Part shown: piece by piece, positions 41,751 through 50,074 of the stretch | How positions within the stretch are numbered: position 1 is the stretch's first letter | Layout: each line of letters starts with the position of its first letter | The notes under the pieces: model-generated | Told to the model about the DNA's origin: nothing | Databases searched by the model: none | What the model saw: only the letters and a program-made list of their open reading frames with translations | Translations under genes and position numbers: made by a program | From: Clostridia bacterium | GTDB taxonomy: Bacteria > Bacillota > Clostridia > Lachnospirales > Lachnospiraceae | DNA: 64,000 bases | NCBI GenBank assembly: GCA_003246295.1 | Contig: QKAS01000053.1 | Span: 46,948-110,947 of the forward strand | Reading direction: 5' to 3'

Positions 41751-42698
41751 ATGAAATACATTAAAGACTACAAGGATGGCGACAGAGTATTCGATATTTA
41801 CTTGTGCAAGTTCAAACAATCAGCTGTAACAAAAAATGGGAAAGCATACGACAATGTAATTTTACAGGATAAGTCTGGAACGATAGATGCTAAAATATGG
41901 GATCCAAACAGTGCTGGAATTGGAGAGTTTGATTCTCTTGACTATATTGAAGTATATGGAGAAGTAAATAGTTTCCAGGGTGCATTACAGGTTAATGTTA
42001 AAAGAGTCAGACTTTGCCAGGAAGGCGAGTATGATCCAGCAGATTATCTGCCTGTTACATCAAAAAATATTAATGAGATGTATCATGAATTAACGGGAAT
42101 CATTCAAAGAATAGAAAATCCTTATTTGAAGATGTTAATGGAAGATTTTTTTGTCAGAGATACTGATTTTATCAAAGCATTTAAAGCTTCTTCTGCTGCA
42201 AAAAGTGTTCATCATGGGTTTATGGGCGGATTATTGGAGCATACACTTAGTATATTAAAGTTATGTGAGTACTATTGCAGTACATATCCACTGCTAAAAA
42301 AAGATCTGCTGATGAGTGCAGCACTCTGTCATGATATTGGAAAGACAAAAGAGTTGTCATTATTTCCAGAAAATGACTATACGGACGATGGAAATTTACT
42401 TGGGCATATTGTAATGGCAGTCGAGATGCTGAATGATAAAATTCGTGAAATAGATGGATTTCCAGAAAGTCTGGCAACAGAATTAAAACATTGTATTCTG
42501 GCACACCACGGTGAACTTGAGTATGGTTCTCCAAAAAAACCAGCGCTTATGGAAGCCGTTGCATTGAACCTTGCAGATAATACAGATGCAAAAATGCAGA
42601 CATTTACAGAACTATTAATGTCTACAGCTGAAACAGGATGGCTAGGCTATAACAGACTTTTTGAATCCAATCTTCGAATGACAAGAATGGAGCAATAA
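41751..42698 (+). CDS. yhaM: 3'-5' exoribonuclease YhaM family (OB-fold plus HD)
   Basis: LQDKSG.I.AKIW, HH..GGLLEH, HDIGK and HHG motifs. Confidence 0.88.
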   Translation: MKYIKDYKDGDRVFDIYLCKFKQSAVTKNGKAYDNVILQDKSGTIDAKIWDPNSAGIGEFDSLDYIEVYGEVNSFQGALQVNVKRVRLCQEGEYDPADYLPVTSKNINEMYHELTGIIQRIENPYLKMLMEDFFVRDTDFIKAFKASSAAKSVHHGFMGGLLEHTLSILKLCEYYCSTYPLLKKDLLMSAALCHDIGKTKELSLFPENDYTDDGNLLGHIVMAVEMLNDKIREIDGFPESLATELKHCILAHHGELEYGSPKKPALMEAVALNLADNTDAKMQTFTELLMSTAETGWLGYNRLFESNLRMTRMEQ

Positions 42699-42700
42699 AA

Positions 42701-44080
42701 ATGGAATTTCGTAAGAATGATTGTTTTTCAGTCGTAATTGAAGACATGGGAAATGATGGTGAGGGGATTGGAAAGGTGGATGGGTTTACAGTCTTTGTAA
42801 AAGATGGTATTGTTGGAGATCATCTTCTTATTAAGCTCACCAAAATTAAAAAAAATTATGCATACGCCAGAATAGAGAAGGTAGAGATACCTTCTCCTTT
42901 TCGCACCATACCTAGATGCCCTATACACAAACAATGTGGTGGGTGCCAGATTCAGGCGCTAGATTATATGGAACAATTAGAATTCAAACAGAGAAAAGTG
43001 ATAAATCATCTGGTTCGAATTGGAGGCTTTGAGCAGGACAGAATCGAACGGAGTATGGATTCAATTATTGGTATGGAAGAACCCTACCGTTATCGAAACA
43101 AAGCGCAATATCCTGTTGGTAGGGATAAGGATGGAAATATCATCACTGGATTTTATGCAGGAAGAACACATGTAATCATTCCGGTAGAAGATTGTATGAT
43201 TGGCTCTGAAAAAAATGCAAAGATTCTTAATATTGTTAAAAAATATATGCAGGAGAATTGTGTTACTCCATATGACGAACTGACACACAAAGGTGAGATT
43301 AGACATATTCTGATTCGTATTGGGCAAGATACAGATGAAATTATGGTCAGCCTTGTAATCAATGGTAAAAAATTGCCGAAAGAAGAAATGCTTATTCAGT
43401 TGTTGCGTGAAATCAAAGGAATGACGTCAATTTCTATCAGTAGTAATACTGAAAAAACAAATGTCATCATGGGAAAAGAGATTCGACTTCTATGGGGAAG
43501 TGAGTTTATAACAGATCGAATCGGATCTGTTATATTCAGAATCTCCCCATTGTCATTCTTTCAGGTCAATTCTATTCAGACTGAGAAGTTGTATAGAACA
43601 GCACTTGAGTATGCAGACCTTCAAGGTGGTGAGACAGTGTGGGATCTATATTGCGGAATAGGAACGATTTCATTATTTATGGCTCAAAAAGCTGCTAAAG
43701 TATATGGTGTTGAGATTGTTCCAGAGGCAATTAGAGATGCAAGGGAAAATGCAAAACTGAATCAAATGGACAATGTTACCTTCTTTGTTGGGAAGGCAGA
43801 AGAAATACTACCTGAAAAATACGAATCCGAAAAAATTCATGCAGATGTTATTGTTGTTGATCCTCCCAGGAAAGGGTGTGATCAGGCGTGCCTTGAAACT
43901 ATATTAAAGATGATGCCAGAGAAAGTAGTCTACGTTAGCTGTGATTCTTCTACATTGGCAAGAGATCTTAAAATATTATGCGAAAATGCCTATGAAATAA
44001 AAAAAATAAGAGCAGTCGATCAGTTTTGCCATACGGTGCATGTGGAATGCGTGACACTGCTCCAACGGATAGATACGTAA
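42701..44080 (+). CDS. rlmD: 23S rRNA (uracil-5)-methyltransferase RlmD/RumA
   Basis: TRAM domain, CGGCQ, SFFQVN, DLYCGIG, DPPRKG, YVSC and HVE motifs. Confidence 0.95.
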   Translation: MEFRKNDCFSVVIEDMGNDGEGIGKVDGFTVFVKDGIVGDHLLIKLTKIKKNYAYARIEKVEIPSPFRTIPRCPIHKQCGGCQIQALDYMEQLEFKQRKVINHLVRIGGFEQDRIERSMDSIIGMEEPYRYRNKAQYPVGRDKDGNIITGFYAGRTHVIIPVEDCMIGSEKNAKILNIVKKYMQENCVTPYDELTHKGEIRHILIRIGQDTDEIMVSLVINGKKLPKEEMLIQLLREIKGMTSISISSNTEKTNVIMGKEIRLLWGSEFITDRIGSVIFRISPLSFFQVNSIQTEKLYRTALEYADLQGGETVWDLYCGIGTISLFMAQKAAKVYGVEIVPEAIRDARENAKLNQMDNVTFFVGKAEEILPEKYESEKIHADVIVVDPPRKGCDQACLETILKMMPEKVVYVSCDSSTLARDLKILCENAYEIKKIRAVDQFCHTVHVECVTLLQRIDT

Positions 44081-44249
44081 AACTCCTTGATTTTACGCAC
44101 TTTTCGAGGCATATGGTCTTTTCAAAATCAGAGAGAAAAGACAAGAAAAAAGCAATTTTGAATGGTGTGAACGTCTCAGTGGTTTTAGACCTCGTGTGCG
44201 CAACACCAAAAAAGTACATTTAATATTCTAATTATTTTGATACATCCAA

Positions 44250-44331
44250 CTTAATAGAGCTATGAGTCGAAAGACCGTTTGTTTTCAACCTTTTAGGAAG
44301 AAAATGAGTGGTCTTTTTTGCGTTCTATAAG
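44250..44331 (+). other. Nested RNA stem-loop / terminator-like leader upstream of parB
   Basis: 17-bp stem 44270-44286 / 44300-44316 with four G-U pairs, T tract, and an outer helix 44250-44260 / 44322-44331. Confidence 0.55.
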
Positions 44332-44368
44332 CTTGCCGAAGCATCTATCAGGAGAGGAGATTGAGATA

Positions 44369-45439
44369 ATGAAACAAAAAGAAAGATTGGTTACTTCTTC
44401 CTTAGTAGACAATGGAATAAGCAGTGAAAATGATGTGAAAGGTGGAAAACTCAAGGAAACAGAGGGAATTATCAGTATTCCATTTAACCAGCTTCATGAA
44501 TTTAAAGGTCATCCATTTAAAGTAGAAAATGATATGGAGTTATTTGAACTCATGAGGAGTATTGAGAAAGAGGGTGTAATTGTTCCGGCACTTGTTAGAC
44601 CCAATCCATATGGGAGCGGTTATGAAGTGATTGCGGGTCACAGAAGAATGGCAGCAGGCAAGTGGGCAGGATTAACAGAATTACCAGTCGTAATAAGAAA
44701 TCTGGATGATAATCAGGCAGTATGTGCCATGGTAGATAGCAATTTACAAAGAGAGCATATCAAACCAAGCGAGAAAGCATTTGCTTTTAAGATGAAACTA
44801 GATGCCATGAATCGTCAGGGTAAAAGGTCGAATACAACCTTTGGCCAATTTGACCAGAAGTCTGAATCACTTAATACCGGTATTGTAATTCACTCTTTAG
44901 AACTTGTTAAAAATGAAATTGGATATCTTGAAGTGAGAAATATACTACCAGATAGCGAATCGTCCCAATTAATTAATTCGAGGCAGGAACTGGCTAGGCA
45001 GGTAGGAGAAAGTGAAAGACAGATTCAACGATATATTCGTCTGACATATCTAATACCAAAGATAATGAAAATGGTGGATCAGGAAAAGATAGCACTGACA
45101 CCGGCGGTTGAAATTTCTTATCTAACAGAGGATGAGCAGTATGAGCTATTAGCAGTGATGGAATTGGAGCAATCGACACCATCTTTATCACAGGCGAACC
45201 GGATGAAACGGATGAGTCAGTCAGGGAAATTAGATATGGATATGCTCTATGAAATTATCGGGGAAGAAAAACCAAATCAAAGGGAGAAGCTTAAGTTGTA
45301 TGCAGATACCCTGGAGGAATATTTTCCATCCGATTTTACACCAAAGCAGAAGGTGGAGCTGATACAAACGTTGGTAAAAGAGTGGCATCTAAACCAGACA
45401 CAGCAACAATCTAGATCAAATGAGAAGAAGGGAAGGTAA
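44369..45439 (+). CDS. ParB/RepB/Spo0J-family protein
   Basis: HPFKV, SI..EGV..P..VR, YEVIAGHRR, DSNLQRE and HTH (QIQRYIRL) motifs; start corrected to 44369. Confidence 0.88.
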   Translation: MKQKERLVTSSLVDNGISSENDVKGGKLKETEGIISIPFNQLHEFKGHPFKVENDMELFELMRSIEKEGVIVPALVRPNPYGSGYEVIAGHRRMAAGKWAGLTELPVVIRNLDDNQAVCAMVDSNLQREHIKPSEKAFAFKMKLDAMNRQGKRSNTTFGQFDQKSESLNTGIVIHSLELVKNEIGYLEVRNILPDSESSQLINSRQELARQVGESERQIQRYIRLTYLIPKIMKMVDQEKIALTPAVEISYLTEDEQYELLAVMELEQSTPSLSQANRMKRMSQSGKLDMDMLYEIIGEEKPNQREKLKLYADTLEEYFPSDFTPKQKVELIQTLVKEWHLNQTQQQSRSNEKKGR

Positions 45440-45444
45440 TTAGT

Positions 45445-45825
45445 ATGAGTGAAGAAAAATCATTATTTGAAACCTTGGGAATTGATTATGAAGAAAGAAA
45501 TGGATTATTATATCCAATTTTTGAAGAAGAATCTTCATCGGAAACTATTCATGTTGGAAAGTACGGAGATTTGTGGATGGAATATCTGAAAGTAAATCAT
45601 CCAGACAGATACCGTCATCTATTCCGATTTGGAAAATTGATGACGAAAGCAGTAGAAGTAAATGAAGATGCTTATGAAATGCTGGATAGCATTGTATCAA
45701 AATATTTAGAAAAACATCCGCCAATAGATCTGAACTCTACTATGGAAATGTGGCAAATTCGAGAGCAGGCAAAGATGATGGCAGAAGAAATGATATTCCA
45801 TGACATTGTAAATCAGTTTCACTAA
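45445..45825 (+). CDS. tnpV: TnpV-like transposon-encoded protein
   Basis: Y....G.LYP, GKYG....YL....P..Y and C-terminal AEE pattern typical of TnpV. Confidence 0.75.
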   Translation: MSEEKSLFETLGIDYEERNGLLYPIFEEESSSETIHVGKYGDLWMEYLKVNHPDRYRHLFRFGKLMTKAVEVNEDAYEMLDSIVSKYLEKHPPIDLNSTMEMWQIREQAKMMAEEMIFHDIVNQFH

Positions 45826-45951
45826 TCGGAAGGAGAAAATTTTATGAAAGAAAATACGAACGTTTCTACAAATCAGAATTATTTAATAGGAAGAAAAAGA
45901 CAGGAGGGGATAACAACTACAACAATGGGAAATTTAGGAGGAAAAGAGAAT

Positions 45952-46884
45952 ATGAGAGAATACAGAATCAAAGATACACTAATTTTAGCTTGTGATCATG
46001 GGTATGGGAATATTAAGTCCTGTCACAGTGTTTTTAAAGCATCTGCCGAAGTCAGTGAAACAGCACCAATATTTAGTAAGGACTATGTGAAATTTGATGA
46101 TAAATATTATGTGATTGGAGAAGGGCATAAAAGTTTTCTTGCAGATAAGATTGGAGATGACGATTATTATATTTTGACATTGGTTGCAATTGCAAAAGAA
46201 TTAGCATTAAGAGGACTTAAGGAAGCAAAGATTCATCTTGCAGTGGGACTTCCACTTAAATGGGTCAAGGCGCAGAGAGATTCCTTTAAAGCATACTTAC
46301 TTCGCAACCGCTATGTTAATTTTGAATACCGAGAGAAAGAATATCTGGTAGAGATTGCTGGTTGTACGGTGATGCCACAGTGCTACTCAGCAGTGGCAGA
46401 AAATCTGAAAGATTTTAAGGGATTGAATATGCTGGTTGATATCGGTAATGGAACCATGAATATTATGTATTTAAACGATGGAAGGGCAATGGAAAATAAA
46501 TCCTGGACAGAAAAGTTTGGGGTAAATCAATGTTCCATTCGTATCAGAAATGCAGTCTTAAATGAAACAGGAACACACTTGATGGATGATGTAATTGAGA
46601 ATTTCTTAAGAACAGGAATAGCGGATGTAGAAGAGCCATATGCTTCACTGATTCGAAAAGCTGCTGCAGAATATGTATCGGAAATCTTTGATAAATTGAA
46701 GGATTATGAGTACAACGACAAGCTAATGAAGCTGCATTTTATGGGTGGAGGATGTAAACTTGTGGAAAATGTTGGACAATACAATGTTGATAGAACTTTC
46801 TTTATTAAGGATATCTGTGCTACTGCTAAGGGTTATGAGTATTATTGCTATATGGGTCTTCGCAGACAGAACCAGAATCGTTAA
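45952..46884 (+). CDS. ParM/StbA-family actin-like ATPase
   Basis: DHGYGNIK, VGLP, PQ, DIGNGT and GGG actin-fold motifs; start 45952 after GGAGG (in-frame upstream ATG at 45844 also possible). Confidence 0.88.
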   Translation: MREYRIKDTLILACDHGYGNIKSCHSVFKASAEVSETAPIFSKDYVKFDDKYYVIGEGHKSFLADKIGDDDYYILTLVAIAKELALRGLKEAKIHLAVGLPLKWVKAQRDSFKAYLLRNRYVNFEYREKEYLVEIAGCTVMPQCYSAVAENLKDFKGLNMLVDIGNGTMNIMYLNDGRAMENKSWTEKFGVNQCSIRIRNAVLNETGTHLMDDVIENFLRTGIADVEEPYASLIRKAAAEYVSEIFDKLKDYEYNDKLMKLHFMGGGCKLVENVGQYNVDRTFFIKDICATAKGYEYYCYMGLRRQNQNR

Positions 46885-46952
46885 TCAGACGAATATTTGA
46901 TAGGATTTAATTTGAAATGAAACCTAAATTCGTTTCGGGAAGGAGCAGACCA

Positions 46953-47435
46953 ATGACAAAGAATACAAATATTCGATTTTATGACGAAGAGGAAGAGGAC
47001 AAAAGGGCATGGGATATTCTTCATTCCCTTGATAAGAAGCAGTTTAAATCTCAGAGCAAATTTGTGGTTCTTGCTATATTAGATTATTATGAAAAATGTT
47101 TAAGGCAGGAGCAAGATCCCTATTTTGAGACAAGGGAGAAAGAGGATGCTTTTTCTGACAGAATTGTAAAGTCGGTGGAAGAAAAGGTTATTTCTAATCT
47201 ACCAGCACTGATTGGAACTTATGTGATGTCGCTGCAACAGATTCCGTTGCAGACCATGCCGGTGATGGATTATACAGGAATTGATAGACAAGGACAGCCA
47301 GTAATGAAGTCACTATCTGGAAATGGCGCATTAACAGATGGATCAAGTGCCCATTCTGGTTTTAATTCGCAAAATTTTTTAAAGGAGCAGGAACTTGATG
47401 AAAATGAATTTCTTGATTTTGGAATGATGGAGTAA
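46953..47435 (+). CDS. Putative ParR-like ribbon-helix-helix adaptor
   Basis: Directly follows parM; strand NTNIRF, helices DKRAWDIL and SQSKFVVLAILDYY, and a disordered acidic tail. Confidence 0.55.
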   Translation: MTKNTNIRFYDEEEEDKRAWDILHSLDKKQFKSQSKFVVLAILDYYEKCLRQEQDPYFETREKEDAFSDRIVKSVEEKVISNLPALIGTYVMSLQQIPLQTMPVMDYTGIDRQGQPVMKSLSGNGALTDGSSAHSGFNSQNFLKEQELDENEFLDFGMME

Positions 47436-47578
47436 CAGGTAATGGCTACGGAAATGCTATCAGAAATTTTTAGTTGGCTACAAAGAATAGTGGAAATGGT
47501 AGCAGAAAGTACAATTTCATATGCGGTATAAATGATGGTTACAAAATAGAAATGTTTTGTAGCCATTCATACAATATT

Positions 47579-47640
47579 GGGTGCAAAAGAGACAGAAGGC
47601 AATTTTTATAGCTTATCTGTCTTTTTTTGTACCTATTTTT
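47579..47640 (+). terminator. Long hairpin / terminator after the par module
   Basis: GGTGCAAAAGAGACAGA...TCTGTCTTTTTTTGTACC. Confidence 0.55.
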
Positions 47641-47665
47641 ACAGACCAAAGGCTGTAAATAAACC

Positions 47666-47770
47666 GGGGTCTTAGGGATGGAATCCCTAACAAGATAAGG
47701 GTGCGTCAGTACTCGATAGGATTTCGCATTGCGAAATCCGTATCTTGCAAAAAATCTCAGCACTTATCTT
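47666..47770 (+). other. Origin of transfer (MOBP-type oriT)
   Basis: Perfect IR GGATTTCGCA-T-TGCGAAATCC (47719-47739) abutting TATCTTGC (compare RP4 nic TATCCTG^C); second IR TTAGGGAT/ATCCCTAA; just upstream of mobC. Confidence 0.75.
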
Positions 47771-47829
47771 TAGGTCAAAGTGTAAAGGACTTAAGGCACG
47801 TAAAAAAATTCAAAGGAGGAGATTTAAGT

Positions 47830-48165
47830 ATGGGAAAGAAGAAAGTAAGTATAGCGAGGCAAAATAGAACATTTCGTTTATCGAAATCGGAACTACAGAA
47901 ATTAGAGGAGGGTGCAAAGGCGGCGGGAATGTCGGAAAGTGAATATGTCAGACATTTAATTTTGCATGGTGGTGTTGACACAGATTATATCCGTGATCGG
48001 CAAAACATTATAAGACAGATAACAGGAGTTGCTACGAATGTAAATCAGGCTGCAAAGTGGGCAAATGAAAATAAGTATATTCCACAAAGCAGAATTGATC
48101 AGATGTGTATGCAATTAGGTGTGATTTTAAGTTTGTTAAAGGAGCTGATTCAATTATGGCGATAA
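47830..48165 (+). CDS. mobC: MobC relaxosome accessory protein
   Basis: RHH (FRLS..E...L...A..AGMSESEYVR) plus GVATNVNQAAK..N motif. Confidence 0.88.
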   Translation: MGKKKVSIARQNRTFRLSKSELQKLEEGAKAAGMSESEYVRHLILHGGVDTDYIRDRQNIIRQITGVATNVNQAAKWANENKYIPQSRIDQMCMQLGVILSLLKELIQLWR

Positions 48166-49940
48166 CCAAGATTATGAATATAGGAGCTGGAAAGAAGGGC
48201 AAAATCACAAATCATCTGAAAAATGCGTTAGATTATATAATGAATGAGGCAAAGACAGAAAGTGGAGTTCTGGTGGGCGGGTGGAATTGTGTCCCAAAGC
48301 TTGCTTTTGAACAGATGGTGGGAACAAAAGAATTGTATGGAAAGACAGGCGGAAGGCAGGGATATCATATTGTGATATCCTGTCCGCCTGGAGAGGGAAC
48401 TCCAGAGCAGTTATTGGAATTAATGAAGGAATTTGCACAGGAGTTTTTAGGAGAGGATTATGAGGCGGTGTATAGCGTTCATTCTGATAAGGAACATTGT
48501 CACGGGCATTTGGTTTTTAACAGTGTGAATATGAATACTGGTAAGAAATATGAATATAAAAAAGGTGATTGGAAATATGAGATTCAGCCGATTACCAATC
48601 GTCTTTGTGAGAAATATGGATTATCTATAATGCCAGCGGAGTATAGTAAAGATCCAGTAAATATGAATCGAAAGCAGTGGGAGAAAGAGAAATCTTGGAG
48701 TGAATTTATTGAAGCAGATGTGAAATATTGCCGTGGTGTAGCGGAGGATTATGAACATTTTCTTTATCTGTTGGAAGAATTGGGTTATGAGGTGAAAAAG
48801 GGAGCTCATCTGGCAGTAAAAGCAGAGAAGATGAAGCGTTTTCGTAGACTGGATACGATTAATGAAGAATATTCCAAAGAAAATCTGGAAGCATTCTTTA
48901 CAAAGGGAAGTTTTGCCTTTGAAACACCGAGAGTATTAACACCTGATGTAAAATATTTAATTAAGCCAAAGAATCTCTATCAGCAGAAGTTCTATGCCAA
49001 GCTCTACCGTATGCGTGTTGTTGAAAAGTGTCGTTTTCAATATAAGTCAGCTAGATTTAAAGAGGATTTGGAACGGATGCATATGTTACAAGAGGAGTAT
49101 CTGTTTCTGAGAAGAAAGGATATTAATGGTGTTGCGGATATTGTAACCAAAATTGAATTAGCAGAATTTGATATTAAAAAAATAACCGAGAAGCAGAAAA
49201 CATTGTATCAGGAGCGAGCAGATTTAAAGAGGAAATGTATGACGGGTAATAATATTTTAGACTTTTATACTTCTGAACCTGAATATCGAAAGCAGTTGGA
49301 AGATATTAAATTGGAAAAGAAGAAACTTCAAGGTGAAAAACATATAGCGGAACGTTGCTTGAAAGAAAGTCTTTATGTTGGATTGTTGGTTCCAGAGAAT
49401 ATTGAAATTGGTAATATTTATGAGATTGAAGTGCCGAAGAAACCTTGGTATTTGTGGAAAGAGGAAAGTAAAATGCCGGAAGTAAAAAGGGCGGTTGAAG
49501 TTGCTGCTATTGTTGAGGAAGAAACGGTAGAATCTTTTGAGATGAATACTTTCGATGTGGAATTGGAACCTGATGAAATTATTTCTTCTCACAATGAAAC
49601 GATAGAGGCTATAGAAGAAACAAAAGTATTTGATATTAAAGGTATATCAATGTTTGATGAAATTGAGAAAGCGGTTTACGGGGATGTCGAGCCACAGATG
49701 ACGGTAGTTACCAAGGAAATTTATAAATCTATGACGGATATGGAAAAAGCTGAATGGATTGGCATAGATGGAAATGATGTATATGGGTCAATGAAACGAT
49801 TCCATGAAAAAATGACATCGATTGGTATCTCTTATAAATACAGTTCGGATGAAACAGAAGAGTTTTGTAGATTAGAAGAAATTTGTAGAAAGGAATCAGA
49901 TAGGTCAAGATTTTATAGGAATACAGAGAGAAGCAGGTAG
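48156..49940 (+). CDS. MOBP-family relaxase
   Basis: MAITK, L..ALDYI (catalytic Tyr), YHIVIS and HSDKEHCHGH (3H) motifs. Confidence 0.9.
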   Translation: MAITKIMNIGAGKKGKITNHLKNALDYIMNEAKTESGVLVGGWNCVPKLAFEQMVGTKELYGKTGGRQGYHIVISCPPGEGTPEQLLELMKEFAQEFLGEDYEAVYSVHSDKEHCHGHLVFNSVNMNTGKKYEYKKGDWKYEIQPITNRLCEKYGLSIMPAEYSKDPVNMNRKQWEKEKSWSEFIEADVKYCRGVAEDYEHFLYLLEELGYEVKKGAHLAVKAEKMKRFRRLDTINEEYSKENLEAFFTKGSFAFETPRVLTPDVKYLIKPKNLYQQKFYAKLYRMRVVEKCRFQYKSARFKEDLERMHMLQEEYLFLRRKDINGVADIVTKIELAEFDIKKITEKQKTLYQERADLKRKCMTGNNILDFYTSEPEYRKQLEDIKLEKKKLQGEKHIAERCLKESLYVGLLVPENIEIGNIYEIEVPKKPWYLWKEESKMPEVKRAVEVAAIVEEETVESFEMNTFDVELEPDEIISSHNETIEAIEETKVFDIKGISMFDEIEKAVYGDVEPQMTVVTKEIYKSMTDMEKAEWIGIDGNDVYGSMKRFHEKMTSIGISYKYSSDETEEFCRLEEICRKESDRSRFYRNTERSR

Positions 49941-50003
49941 AAAACAAGGAATTTTTAACTGTGAATTGAGTAATAAAGTTGTAATTAGAATTATTTATAG
50001 AGG

Positions 50004-50050
50004 ACCATGATTATTTTAGTATTGAAATACTAAAATAATCATGGTATAAT
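50004..50050 (+). promoter_or_regulatory. Defence-operon promoter inside a perfect 42-bp palindrome
   Basis: ACCATGATTATTTTAGTATT-GA-AATACTAAAATAATCATGGT; -35 TTGAAA at 50022-50027, 17-nt spacer, TGn-TATAAT at 50042-50050. Confidence 0.8.
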
Positions 50051-50074
50051 ACTCACATGATTGGAGGTGCCTTT

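Noticed and set aside
43968..44223. Two short ORFs spanning the rlmD end (possible excisionase)
   Set aside because: They overlap rlmD and the presumed att region and show no HTH/RDF-like pattern or RBS.
44255..44300. c-di-GMP-I riboswitch (GAAA-containing stem)
   Set aside because: It lacks the GGCAAA...GACGCAAAGC core and the P3 tetraloop-receptor arrangement.
47701..47829. N-terminal extension of mobC in the ORF track
   Set aside because: It runs through the oriT; the real start is ATG 47830 after AAAGGAGG.
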